Assembly: GCA_037146775.1 (NCBI GenBank)
Contig: JBAWWL010000006.1
Span: 79,120-143,119, forward strand
Length of the DNA stretch: 64,000 bases
Reading direction: 5' to 3'
DNA from: Candidatus Omnitrophota bacterium
Lineage (GTDB): Bacteria; Omnitrophota; Gorgyraeia; Duberdicusellales; 4484-171
The first letter of the stretch is position 1, and every line of letters begins with the position of its first letter. The notes under the pieces were generated by a model that had not been told where the DNA came from, ran no database searches, and saw only the letters and a program-made list of their open reading frames with translations. Below, in pieces: positions 37,174-46,612 of this stretch. Made by a program: the position numbers and the translations under genes.

Positions 37174-38419
37174 CCTTTATGTCGGCGTAAAGCGGAAAAC
37201 GATTCGTAAATTCTAAAACCTTATTCTGTAGTTTCGCAAGCGCAGCCTGATCTTCTGCGTTCATTAACGCCTCGTCAATGAAACCGGCGATAAGATCCAT
37301 GTCCTGCTCCTTCATGCCCCGAGTAGTGATAGCCGGAGTACCGATGCGAATACCGCTGGCGACTGCCGGAGGTTTAGGATCGTAGGGGATCAGATTCTTG
37401 TTAACGGTAATATTGACATTTCCCAGTACCAGGGTCGCAAGTTTTCCGGTAACATTTTTAGCCCGTAAATCGACCAGGAAAAGATGCGTATCCGTCCCCC
37501 CGGAAACAATACGATATCCTTTCTTTTGCATGCACTCGGCAAAATGCCGGGCATTACACATAACTTGTTTTTGATATACTTTAAAATTATCCTGTAAAGC
37601 CAAACCGAAAGCAACCGCCTTCGCCGCAATCACATGCATAAGAGGCCCGCCTTGAGTTCCGGGGAATACTGCGGTATCTATTTTTTTAGCAAACTCATTG
37701 CGGCAAAGAATAAAACCAGAACGCGGGCCGCGTAATGTTTTGTGCGTGGTAGACGTCACAAATTCGGCCACATCGCACGGGTTAGGATATAACTTTGCCG
37801 CCACCAAACCGGCAAAATGCGCCATATCGACCAAAAGATAAGCTCCGACCTTGTCGGCAATCGCTCGGAATTTTTTAAAATCAATGGTCCTTGGATAAGC
37901 GCTCGCTCCGGCGATAATCATCTTCGGCTTATGAGTAAGCGCCAATGTTTCTATCTCATTGTAATCGAGAGACTCCGTTTCTTTATTTACTCCATATGCA
38001 ACGATATGATAAAATCTACCGCTAAAGTTTAAAGGATGGCCGTGAGAAAGGTGACCGCCGCAAGCCAAATCCATAGCCAAAATCGTATCGTTCGGTTCCA
38101 ACACCGCCATCATTACCGCCATGTTCGCCTGGGTACCCGAATGAGGCTGCACATTAGCATGCTCACAACCAAACAATTGCTTTACGCGATCCCGAGCCAA
38201 ATCTTCTGCTTCATCGACAAACTCGCACCCGCCGTACCAGCGGGCCTTAGGATATCCTTCGGCATATTTATTCGTCAAAACCGTTCCCTGAGCTTCCATA
38301 ACCGCCAATGAAGCAAAATTTTCGCTGGCAATAAGTTCAATATGTGCACGCTGTCTCGTGAGTTCCTTAAGCATGCTGGCGTAAACCTGAGGATCAACCC
38401 GTTTTAATTCTTCAAACAT
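37166..38419 (-). CDS. glyA: serine hydroxymethyltransferase
   Basis: 417 aa with the PLP-lysine region [12 protein letters not shown]. Confidence 0.95.
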   Translation of the reverse strand: MFEELKRVDPQVYASMLKELTRQRAHIELIASENFASLAVMEAQGTVLTNKYAEGYPKARWYGGCEFVDEAEDLARDRVKQLFGCEHANVQPHSGTQANMAVMMAVLEPNDTILAMDLACGGHLSHGHPLNFSGRFYHIVAYGVNKETESLDYNEIETLALTHKPKMIIAGASAYPRTIDFKKFRAIADKVGAYLLVDMAHFAGLVAAKLYPNPCDVAEFVTSTTHKTLRGPRSGFILCRNEFAKKIDTAVFPGTQGGPLMHVIAAKAVAFGLALQDNFKVYQKQVMCNARHFAECMQKKGYRIVSGGTDTHLFLVDLRAKNVTGKLATLVLGNVNITVNKNLIPYDPKPPAVASGIRIGTPAITTRGMKEQDMDLIAGFIDEALMNAEDQAALAKLQNKVLEFTNRFPLYADIKVV

Positions 38420-38861
38420 TTTCTTTCTCCTCTATTTCTTTTATTTTATTAAGCCTGCGTATATGCCTTCCCCCCTCAAACGATGTTTTAAGCCATGCCG
38501 CGACTATCCGTTTAACCTCTTCTTTCGTTACGAGATACGCCGGCAATACCAGAACGTTGGCATCATTATGCATCCTCGATAAAGTCGCGCTCTTAACATT
38601 CGACACGAGTGCCGCACGCACACCCTTAACCTTGTTGGCGGCTATCGCGCTTCCTACGCCGGTATAACAGATAAGAATGGCCCGGTCAGCCTCATTGTTA
38701 CGCACCGCAACCGATGCGGGATACATATAATCTGGATAATCACAGGAATCAAGCGAATAGGTACCGAAATCGTTCACCACATAACCGCGCGAAGCCAAAA
38801 ATTGTGCTAAAAAGTTTTTGAGCTTAAAACCGCGATGGTCACTTGCTAACGCTATCTTCAT
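38412..38861 (-). CDS. rpiB: ribose-5-phosphate isomerase B
   Basis: 149 aa RpiB/LacAB fold ([21 protein letters not shown]). It sits just before glyA, as in Bacillus. Confidence 0.88.
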   Translation of the reverse strand: MKIALASDHRGFKLKNFLAQFLASRGYVVNDFGTYSLDSCDYPDYMYPASVAVRNNEADRAILICYTGVGSAIAANKVKGVRAALVSNVKSATLSRMHNDANVLVLPAYLVTKEEVKRIVAAWLKTSFEGGRHIRRLNKIKEIEEKENV

Positions 38862-38891
38862 ATATTCCTTTCTTTGTACGGTTTCCTAAAT

Positions 38892-39956
38892 CTAAAGCCA
38901 TTCTGTAAGTTCAATGATCGCTTTCTTAATAATACCATACACCTTCTGGTATACTTCAAAGTTTTCGCCGATCGGATCGGGTATGTCGTGTTCAAGTTGA
39001 GCCGGTAAAAATTTCTTTAAACCGAAGACCCTGCCCTCGACGGTAGGCTCAAGCCGTAAAATATAATCGGTATGGCTATCTTCCATCGTAAAAATAAAAT
39101 CGGAAGAAAGAATGATCCTGCGGTCTATCCGCCGCGACGAGAAATTGTCTATACGCATCTCTTCCTGTTCAAGCAATATGTCCTCAACCGCCGAAGAAAG
39201 ACGTAACCCTCCGACAGTAGAAGTACCGCGCGAAATAATTTCGTGCCTTCCCTGTAAGTACGGTTTAGCCCGATCCAAATATTTCTCCAAGAGAAACTGC
39301 GCCATGGGAGAACGACAGGAATTGCCCGTACAAACAAAAAGAATTCTTTTTTTGATAAACGTCTCGATAATCTGGCGTTCCGCAACCACCCCTTCCCGCA
39401 CTACCTTAAAAGGAGAATAGGTAAGGTCGACTATGGTTGATGATTTCTTATATAAAGACTCGCCGCCATCCACAAGCAAATCAATCTTGTTGCCGAAAAC
39501 CGCTTCGACCTCAGGAGCGGATACCGATTCCTTGGCTCCGTTTATATTCGCCGAAGGCAGATAGACTCCTCCTTTGAGTTGGCGCAAAATCTCCCTAATC
39601 ACAGGATGTGCCGGAACCCGTACGCCGACCTTCTCGCCTTGCGGCGAGTAGTAAATAATAGTGAGCGGCCCCGGCCAAAACTTCTCTATCAAACGATAAC
39701 CAAAAGGAGGCAAGGTAATAAAGTAGCCCTGCGATGCCTTCTCGGAATCGCCGACCGCAATAGTAAACGGCTGACCCGAAGGCCTTTGTTTGAGTGTATA
39801 CAACCGCTCGACAGCGCTCTTCTGCTCGGGCAATGCAGCTAAACCGTACACCGTTTCAGTAGGCAGCCCCGCTATACCACCCCCCAAAATAGCCTCAACC
39901 GCAATCTTCACGAAAGATGGATCAATATCTTCGGGATGGATATGAATTTTTTTCAT
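38892..39956 (-). CDS. fusion: L-threonylcarbamoyladenylate synthase (TsaC/YrdC domain) + low-molecular-weight protein tyrosine/arginine phosphatase
   Basis: N-terminal YrdC-like domain (ILGGGIAGLPTETVYGLAA). C-terminal LMW-PTP signature with the CX5R P-loop (ILFVCTGNSCRSPMAQ) and the catalytic Asp region (DIPDPIG). Confidence 0.8.
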   Translation of the reverse strand: MKKIHIHPEDIDPSFVKIAVEAILGGGIAGLPTETVYGLAALPEQKSAVERLYTLKQRPSGQPFTIAVGDSEKASQGYFITLPPFGYRLIEKFWPGPLTIIYYSPQGEKVGVRVPAHPVIREILRQLKGGVYLPSANINGAKESVSAPEVEAVFGNKIDLLVDGGESLYKKSSTIVDLTYSPFKVVREGVVAERQIIETFIKKRILFVCTGNSCRSPMAQFLLEKYLDRAKPYLQGRHEIISRGTSTVGGLRLSSAVEDILLEQEEMRIDNFSSRRIDRRIILSSDFIFTMEDSHTDYILRLEPTVEGRVFGLKKFLPAQLEHDIPDPIGENFEVYQKVYGIIKKAIIELTEWL

Positions 39957-40429
39957 TGCTGAAATTTTTTCTTAATCAGAACTAAAGCGCGGCCATATGC
40001 TTTGTCTTTTAGTGCCAGGATTTCCAACGCAAAAATGATCGCATTAATAAAAGCACTTTTGCCGACACCGGAAGAAACCAAGCCTAAACCCTTAGGAATA
40101 CTGACCATAGAAAAAAGAGCGTCCAAGCCATCGAGCATACCACCTTTAAGGGCAACACCGATAACAGGAATATGTACATAAGAAGCAATAAAGCCGGGCA
40201 GAGCCGCAGCCATGCCGGCGCAGGCGATAACCACCTCAACACCGTCTTTTTCTAAAGTTTTACAAAAAGCCCGCAAGGTATCGGGGTTACGGTGCGCTGA
40301 GATAATTTGTAAAACATACGGTATGCGAGCCTGGGAGAGAAGCTCAAAACCAGCCTGCAACTCTTCCTTATCGCTTTTACTTCCCAGCACAATCGCTATC
40401 TTCTCTTTCATAAGATCCTCCTTCATCAA
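39953..40429 (-). CDS. purE: 5-(carboxyamino)imidazole ribonucleotide mutase PurE
   Basis: IISAHRNP and ACAGMAAALPG motifs. 158 aa. Confidence 0.9.
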   Translation of the reverse strand: MMKEDLMKEKIAIVLGSKSDKEELQAGFELLSQARIPYVLQIISAHRNPDTLRAFCKTLEKDGVEVVIACAGMAAALPGFIASYVHIPVIGVALKGGMLDGLDALFSMVSIPKGLGLVSSGVGKSAFINAIIFALEILALKDKAYGRALVLIKKKFQQ

Positions 40430-40433
40430 AGCG

Positions 40434-41516
40434 TTATCTTTCTTTTACGGCCGAAACTTCATTACGTTCGTTGTATTGTATATCGTAAATTTTTTCCTTT
40501 GATGGTGTTTTTGATGATGTTTTTATAGGCTCCTTTAGTGCCGCACATTGACGGCCGGCATTTTGGCCTGCACGCTCCAGCGCCAGGATAAAGGCATCAT
40601 TCGTTATTTGATTATACCACTTTCCGGCGGGAGAATTCCAAAACACGATATACTGCCTTAATTCATCGTCAGAGAGCGATTGATAGGTATAAAGAAAAGA
40701 AATCGAAATAATATTGCGTTCGTTTAAAAGCAACCTTAGCTGCGTTTTCATCATGTCTACTGTCTTCTCCAGCTCCCCGGCCGCAAAACGTTTATCTTCG
40801 GGTAAAATCGGATCTATCGCCTGGGCAATACTTTTAAAAAGCGCTGTCGTCATCACCACCTGCGTATCGCTTGCCGCTACCGCCTTATCGAGCTCTTTAA
40901 TCAAAGCCAGGCGTTCAGGCGAAGGCGGATGCGACGGTAGCGTGTCGGCAAATTTTTGTATCTCAGTTACCGGCACCGAACCCGCAACTTTCTCGTCCAA
41001 TGCACTAACCTTTTTTGCCAGCGGCGAGGCCAAAAAATCGCTCACTCCAATAGCGTGTGCCTGGTCAAAATGATTCTGAAAATACTCGGTAACAATCTGG
41101 TAGAGCACATCCGGACGATATGCATCAACGACAATCTTACTGCCTGCTTCGTAACGTTCGGGATCTATCTGCTCTTTATGCTGGCTATATTCATCACAGA
41201 CACGGAGCGATAACTGCTTTAGCTGCTCCTGCGTCCCGGCAACCGCGAGCAAACGCTCAAGCTGCGCGGTTTTATATAATGCTTTGGCCTTATTGTCGTC
41301 GGCAGAAGCCTCTTTAGAAGAAGGGTCGATACGAGCGATCTCGTCGTTATAAAATTTTAACTCCACCCCGTTAAATTCCACCGTAATATGGCTGTCAGAC
41401 CGTTCAACGATCAATCCTTCGATTTGTTTACCGTTTTTTAAAAAAATAGTGTCAGCATAAAGAGGTAATCCCATAAAAGAAAAAATTATAGCCAGAACAT
41501 ATATTTTAATTTTCAT
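40434..41516 (-). CDS. hypothetical secreted protein
   Basis: Signal peptide (MKIKIYVLAIIFSFMGLPLYA). It has a small N-terminal beta-rich module followed by a long helical region, with no recognisable catalytic motifs. Confidence 0.5.
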   Translation of the reverse strand: MKIKIYVLAIIFSFMGLPLYADTIFLKNGKQIEGLIVERSDSHITVEFNGVELKFYNDEIARIDPSSKEASADDNKAKALYKTAQLERLLAVAGTQEQLKQLSLRVCDEYSQHKEQIDPERYEAGSKIVVDAYRPDVLYQIVTEYFQNHFDQAHAIGVSDFLASPLAKKVSALDEKVAGSVPVTEIQKFADTLPSHPPSPERLALIKELDKAVAASDTQVVMTTALFKSIAQAIDPILPEDKRFAAGELEKTVDMMKTQLRLLLNERNIISISFLYTYQSLSDDELRQYIVFWNSPAGKWYNQITNDAFILALERAGQNAGRQCAALKEPIKTSSKTPSKEKIYDIQYNERNEVSAVKER

Positions 41517-41619
41517 ACGGCTGTTCGTTTTACCTGCTCTGTTATCCCGCCATGCACTATTCTTCGAAATTAAACTGTAGCTCGATAGTAAGGATTTATT
41601 TTACTCGTTCGGTCAAAAA

Positions 41620-42915
41620 TTACAACGCTTTCTTTCCGATATCCCGGCGATACTGCATCCCATCAAAACTAATTTCCTCAACTGCCCGGTAGGTCTTGGT
41701 AATAGCTTCGCTGATAGTCCCGCCTAAACCGGTAACACCCAAAACCCTTCCTCCGCTGGTGAGACATGTCTCCCGGGCAAGCGTGTGGTCGGTTTTGCGT
41801 TTTGTCCCTGCATGAAAAATAATGATATCTTCCATCTGCGCTGCCTGTTCCAACCCAAAAATTTCCTTGTCTTTCTCATACTCACCAGGATAGCCCTTCG
41901 AAGCACAGACAACACACACGCAGGCACGTTTATCCCATCGCAGATTTCCAAACGAGGAAAACTTGACTAACTTACCCGCGGCGGTTGCCAACATAACCTC
42001 TAAAAGATCGGACTCCAGACGGGGTAAAATAGCTTGTGTCTCCGGGTCGCCAAAACGAACATTAAACTCCAAGGCTTTTGGGCCTTCCTTGGTTAACATA
42101 ACACCGGCGTAGAGGACACCTTGATACATAATACCTTGTTTAGCTAAACCATCAATTGTACGATAGATAATTTTTTCTAAAATCTCGCTGAATACTTCTG
42201 GCGTCACTATTGGCGCGGGAGAATATGCGCCCATGCCACCGGTGTTGGGTCCGGTATCACCGTCAAAAATTCGTTTATGATCCTGGCTGGATACCAACGG
42301 CACTACGGTCTTGGAGTCAGTAAAAACAAGGATGGACGCTTCCTGGCCCTCCAAACATTCTTCAATAATAACTCTGTTGCCTGCATCGCCGAAGATCCTT
42401 TCCTCCATCATCACACGCACAGCCTCTTTGGCTTCATCCACAGAAGCTGCCACCACCACACCTTTGCCGGCGGCTAAACCATCCGCCTTTACCACGCATC
42501 GGCCGCCGATAGCTTCTATGTATTTTTTTGCGCTTAGAGGGTTATCAAAAACTTTAAAATCGGCGGTAGGAACACCACAGGTAGCCATCAGTTTCTTCGC
42601 GAATACTTTGCTGGCTTCAAGCTGCGCGGCATGTTTGCTGGGGCCGAATAACTTCAAGCCATAACGCGTAAATTCATCGGCGATGCCCGCAACAAGCGGC
42701 GCTTCCGGCCCCACTACGGTAAGATCTATTTTCTCTTTACGAACAAAGTCCGCCAATCGCTCAATATCATCACCTTTTATCTCAAGGCTCTGCGACAGTT
42801 CGGCTGTTCCACCGTTTCCCGGAGCACAAAAAATCTTATCTACCAGCTTGGACTGACTAATCTTCCATACCAAGGCATGCTCCCTGGCACCGGAACCAAT
42901 GACTAAAACCCTCAT
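41620..42915 (-). CDS. purD: phosphoribosylamine--glycine ligase
   Basis: 431 aa ATP-grasp. MRVLVIGSGAREHAL is the classic PurD N-terminus. Confidence 0.93.
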   Translation of the reverse strand: MRVLVIGSGAREHALVWKISQSKLVDKIFCAPGNGGTAELSQSLEIKGDDIERLADFVRKEKIDLTVVGPEAPLVAGIADEFTRYGLKLFGPSKHAAQLEASKVFAKKLMATCGVPTADFKVFDNPLSAKKYIEAIGGRCVVKADGLAAGKGVVVAASVDEAKEAVRVMMEERIFGDAGNRVIIEECLEGQEASILVFTDSKTVVPLVSSQDHKRIFDGDTGPNTGGMGAYSPAPIVTPEVFSEILEKIIYRTIDGLAKQGIMYQGVLYAGVMLTKEGPKALEFNVRFGDPETQAILPRLESDLLEVMLATAAGKLVKFSSFGNLRWDKRACVCVVCASKGYPGEYEKDKEIFGLEQAAQMEDIIIFHAGTKRKTDHTLARETCLTSGGRVLGVTGLGGTISEAITKTYRAVEEISFDGMQYRRDIGKKAL

Positions 42916-42928
42916 AACAAGTTTTCTT

Positions 42929-43116
42929 AAAATCCTAAACCCTAAATCCTAAACTCTAATGGTTCGACTACGCTCACCATTAGTCCTCAAGCGAAGTCGA
43001 AAGACTAAACCCTAAATAAACTCAAAATTCAAATTATCAAAACTCAAAACCGTTTTGACCTTTGAGTTCAGAGTTTTGGATTTGTTTAGGGTTTATAGTT
43101 TAGTGTTTAGAGTTTA
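42929..43116. repeat. STRR-like heptamer arrays in inverted orientation (AAYCCTA x4 ... GTTTAGN x5) around a central palindrome
   Basis: AATCCTA AACCCTA AATCCTA AACTCTA at 42929..42959. GACTAAA CCCTAAA plus AAACTCA-type units at 43004..43051. GTTTAGG GTTTATA GTTTAGT GTTTAGA at 43076..43116. Centre CTCAAAACCGTTTTGACCTTTGAG. Confidence 0.8.
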
Positions 43117-43156
43117 CCAATACTATTCCCTTATTTTATTTTTTCTCACCACTGGC

Positions 43157-44011
43157 TTATTTCTTTAAAGGCAACACTCCAGCCATCTCACCAATCACAT
43201 TAACCAAATCACTGTCAGAAGGAACAACAATCTTGGCATTATTTGCAAGCGCTTTTTCTACCATTTCAAGCCGGCGTAAGAGCTGGGCATTGCCCACAAA
43301 ATATTTCTCTGCCGCTTCATTAACTAACTGGATCGCCTCAGCTTCGCCCTGCGCCTGTAAGATCCTTGCCTGTTTTATGCCTTCTGCCTTCTTAATCTCG
43401 GCACGTTTTTGTCCATCAGCGGCAGTCTCGGTAGCAGTAGCAAAATCTACCGCTGCGATTTTTTCGTTTTCCGCCTTTACTACTTTGTTCATCGTCTCCT
43501 GCACGTCTTTAGGCGGATCTATCTCTTTCAATTCCGTTCTGACAATTTCTAGTCCCCAGCTCTGCGTTTCATCACAAAGAGTTTTGTGTAGCTCAGCGTT
43601 AATTTTTCCCCTCTCACTGTTGGCGGATTTTAAGGTAAGGGTACCGATAATATTCCTCAAGGTAGTCCTGGCTAAATTTACTATCTGCCACTGATAATTA
43701 TTTACGTTATATTGCGAGCTCTTAACGCTCTCCTCGTCCGCTTTTACCTTGAAATAAACCTGCGCATCGACTCTGGCATTTAAATTATCGTTGGTAATAA
43801 TCTCTTGCGGTTCAGCATCCACCATCTGTTCGGTCACGTTCACCGGATAAATATGTTCGATAAGAGGGATTATCCAGTTAAATCCCGGTATAGCAAAACG
43901 ATTATACTTACCCAGCCTCTCAATCAAACCTCTGTGGGTAGGCCTGACGATCCTTATACCTAAAAAAAATATTACCAGTGCAACAAGCACAACTAACTTC
44001 ACCATACCCAT
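43157..44011 (-). CDS. SPFH/band-7 (stomatin/prohibitin-like) membrane protein
   Basis: N-terminal TM (LVVLVALVIFFLGI) followed by the SPFH core and a coiled-coil tail. 284 aa. Confidence 0.85.
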   Translation of the reverse strand: MGMVKLVVLVALVIFFLGIRIVRPTHRGLIERLGKYNRFAIPGFNWIIPLIEHIYPVNVTEQMVDAEPQEIITNDNLNARVDAQVYFKVKADEESVKSSQYNVNNYQWQIVNLARTTLRNIIGTLTLKSANSERGKINAELHKTLCDETQSWGLEIVRTELKEIDPPKDVQETMNKVVKAENEKIAAVDFATATETAADGQKRAEIKKAEGIKQARILQAQGEAEAIQLVNEAAEKYFVGNAQLLRRLEMVEKALANNAKIVVPSDSDLVNVIGEMAGVLPLKK

Positions 44012-44032
44012 CTTACACCTCCTTACACCTGT

Positions 44033-45043
44033 TTACCCTAATAGTATCTGTTTATCGCTTTTGATAATTTCTCCGATAAGCCACGATTTCAGTCCTAAAT
44101 GAGATAATTGCAAAACTATTTTCTTGGCGATTGCCGGATTAACAACCAAAACCATACCTATGCCCATATTAAAAACAGTATATAATTCTTTCTCTTCGAT
44201 AGAGCCATTTTCCTGGATAATTTTAAAGATTCTCGGCACTTCCCAACTATTCCTGTCAATCGCCATTGCTAAACCCTGCGGCAGAATCTTGGTTGCTTTT
44301 TTGTAAAATGCTCCTCCGGTAATATGCGCCATCGCCTTTATTGCGGTGGGCTTGGAACTTAAAGAATGTAAAAGCGATAGTATTGGTTTCACGTAAATAC
44401 GTGTAGGCTTAAGTAATTCTTTCGCATAGGTAACGATACCTTTTTCACCCAAAACTTTTCTGGCGAGAGAAAAACCGTTAGAATGTAGCCCATTCGATTC
44501 TAGGCCGATGACCGCGTCGCCTCTTTTAATACAGGCCCCGTTGATCATTTTGTCTTTATCTGCAATACCGACGCAGAAACCTGCTAAATCATATTCATCT
44601 TCTTTATACATCCCCGGCATTTCGGCTGTTTCGCCGCCAATCAACGAACAATTCGACTCAACCAGTCCCCGGTGGATACCGGAAACTACCAACTTAAGAA
44701 TATCCGGTTTTACTTTGCCGCACGCAATGTAATCCAAAAAGAATAGAGGCCTGGCGCCTAAACAAATTACATCGTTAACATTCATCGCGACTAAATCTAT
44801 ACCTACCGTATTGTGGATTCCTACCTCTTGCGCAATTTTCAGTTTTGTGCCCACGCCATCGGTAGAAGAAACTAAAACCGGGTTTTTATAATCCTTGAGA
44901 AACGGCCCAAGGTCAAAAGGGCAACCAAAAGCCGCTATCTTGCTTAATGCATCGGTATACAAAAAGCTTTTGATACCTTTAACAAAATCATCTGCTTTTT
45001 TAATATCTACTCCTGATTTTTTATACGTCAGCGCCATTACCAT
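44033..45043 (-). CDS. purM: phosphoribosylformylglycinamidine cyclo-ligase
   Basis: Typical PurM N-terminus LTYKKSGVDI..A and the AIR synthase fold. Confidence 0.92.
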   Translation of the reverse strand: MVMALTYKKSGVDIKKADDFVKGIKSFLYTDALSKIAAFGCPFDLGPFLKDYKNPVLVSSTDGVGTKLKIAQEVGIHNTVGIDLVAMNVNDVICLGARPLFFLDYIACGKVKPDILKLVVSGIHRGLVESNCSLIGGETAEMPGMYKEDEYDLAGFCVGIADKDKMINGACIKRGDAVIGLESNGLHSNGFSLARKVLGEKGIVTYAKELLKPTRIYVKPILSLLHSLSSKPTAIKAMAHITGGAFYKKATKILPQGLAMAIDRNSWEVPRIFKIIQENGSIEEKELYTVFNMGIGMVLVVNPAIAKKIVLQLSHLGLKSWLIGEIIKSDKQILLG

Positions 45044-45060
45044 CTCCTAATATAATCTTC

Positions 45061-45172
45061 AGGTATAATTTATTAAGATTATACCTGATTACACTGATTT
45101 AAAATCGATTACACAGATTAAGAGTTTCTAAATGAAATGTGTGGGATTCTCTCTAAAATAATCTGTGTAATC
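45061..45172 (-). promoter_or_regulatory. purM leader with TATAAT-containing hairpin and three GATTACACAGATT-type repeats
   Basis: AGGTATAAT(N8)ATTATACCT inverted repeat at 45061..45086. GATTACACTGATT (45087..45099), GATTACACAGATT (45107..45119), and its exact reverse complement AATCTGTGTAATC (45160..45172). Confidence 0.35.
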
Positions 45173-45208
45173 TTCCCCTGATCTTCTTAAATTGCGGCAT
45201 CCTAATCT

Positions 45209-46612
45209 TTATGTGATACCTTTTTCCAAAACATACTTGCCTTCATGAGCAAGCCCGACAGGATAATTCCCTGACCAACAAGCCGTACAATAGTGATTTT
45301 TTGGATTTTTGAAACAACCGAGCATTCCCTCCAAGCTTAGATAACCCAGGCTGTCCACGCCCAAATACTTCTCTATTTCCTTTACGTTCTTATCGTAAGC
45401 TATTAACTTGTGCGAATCGGGAAAATCTATACCATAAAAACATCCGAATTTATGCGCGGGGCATGATATACGCAAATGCACTTCTTTTGCCCCCATATCA
45501 CGAAAACTTTTTACACGTATCCGCGAAGTAGTCCCGCGCACGATAGAATCATCGACGATAATAACTTTTTTCCCTTTCACTACCTGTTTAAGTATATTAA
45601 ACTTTAAACGTACGCCAAATTCTCTTTTTTCCTGCTGCGGCTGAATAAACGTCCTCCCGATATAATGGTTTCTTATGATGCCAACTTCAAGAGGAATGCC
45701 TGATTCTTTGGAAAAACCTAGGGCTGCCGAGGTTCCTGAGTCAGGAACACCGACAATTATATCTGCCTTAACCGGATGCTCTCTTGCAAGCTGACGGCCT
45801 AGCTTCTCTCTGACTAAATGCACGGTTTCGCCAAAAATGATTGAATCCGGCCTGGCAAAATATACGTGCTCAAAAGCGCAAAAACCGTGTTTAGCCTGTT
45901 TTGATGCGTACATATAAGAAGTAATGCCTTTTTTATCTATCACCGCAATTTCACCGGGTTCAATTTCCCTTAAGAAACTTGCACTCACTAAATCTAAAGC
46001 ACAGCTTTCCGAAGAAATAAATAAAGCGCCGTCCCTGCGGCCTATGCATAAAGGCCGGATCCCCAAAGGATCTCTTATACCAATAATATTGTCTTTAGTC
46101 ATGAGTAAAAGCGAAAACGCGCCTTTGATCTTCTTTAAAGCATCGATGATTTTTTCTTCAAGCGATTTCTTTTTCGAATGCATAATAAGATGCAAAATAA
46201 GCTCTGAATCCGATGTCGTTTGAAAAATGGCACCTTTGTTCTCTAAATACTGACGTAAATCTTTGGAGTTAATTAAATTTCCGTTATGTGCAAGCGAAAG
46301 CGGCAATTTGCTCGAATCAGCAAAGAGCGGCTGAGCATTGCGCAGAGCGCTAGAGCCGGTAGTCGAATATCTTACGTGCCCTATGGCCTGCGAGCCTTTT
46401 AACTTACCGAGCTCACTTTCCGGAAAAACATCGCTCACCAAACCCATGCCCAGATGCGCATTAAAAGTTGAGCCGTCAAAAGAAATAATACCGCACGATT
46501 CCTCGCCTCTATGCTGTAGAGAATAAAGCCCGAGAAAAGTAAGCAGGCTGGCTTCTTTATTATTATAAACGCCGAATAATCCGCAATACTCTTTTAACCG
46601 TTTTATTTTCAT
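45209..46612 (-). CDS. purF: amidophosphoribosyltransferase
   Basis: Ntn-amidotransferase N-terminal Cys (CGLFGV) and the PRTase motif VIIVDDSIVRGTT. Confidence 0.93.
   Translation of the reverse strand: MKIKRLKEYCGLFGVYNNKEASLLTFLGLYSLQHRGEESCGIISFDGSTFNAHLGMGLVSDVFPESELGKLKGSQAIGHVRYSTTGSSALRNAQPLFADSSKLPLSLAHNGNLINSKDLRQYLENKGAIFQTTSDSELILHLIMHSKKKSLEEKIIDALKKIKGAFSLLLMTKDNIIGIRDPLGIRPLCIGRRDGALFISSESCALDLVSASFLREIEPGEIAVIDKKGITSYMYASKQAKHGFCAFEHVYFARPDSIIFGETVHLVREKLGRQLAREHPVKADIIVGVPDSGTSAALGFSKESGIPLEVGIIRNHYIGRTFIQPQQEKREFGVRLKFNILKQVVKGKKVIIVDDSIVRGTTSRIRVKSFRDMGAKEVHLRISCPAHKFGCFYGIDFPDSHKLIAYDKNVKEIEKYLGVDSLGYLSLEGMLGCFKNPKNHYCTACWSGNYPVGLAHEGKYVLEKGIT

Noticed and set aside
42929-43116. 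Telomere-like CCCTAAA / TTTAGGG repeats
   Set aside because: They are internal to a gene-dense bacterial region and flanked by normal genes on both sides. They are best read as STRR-like heptamer arrays in inverted orientation, not a chromosome end.
45044-45208. Purine riboswitch or PurR PurBox upstream of purM
   Set aside because: There is no match to the aptamer consensus or to the PurBox. It is kept as an unclassified repeat-containing leader instead.
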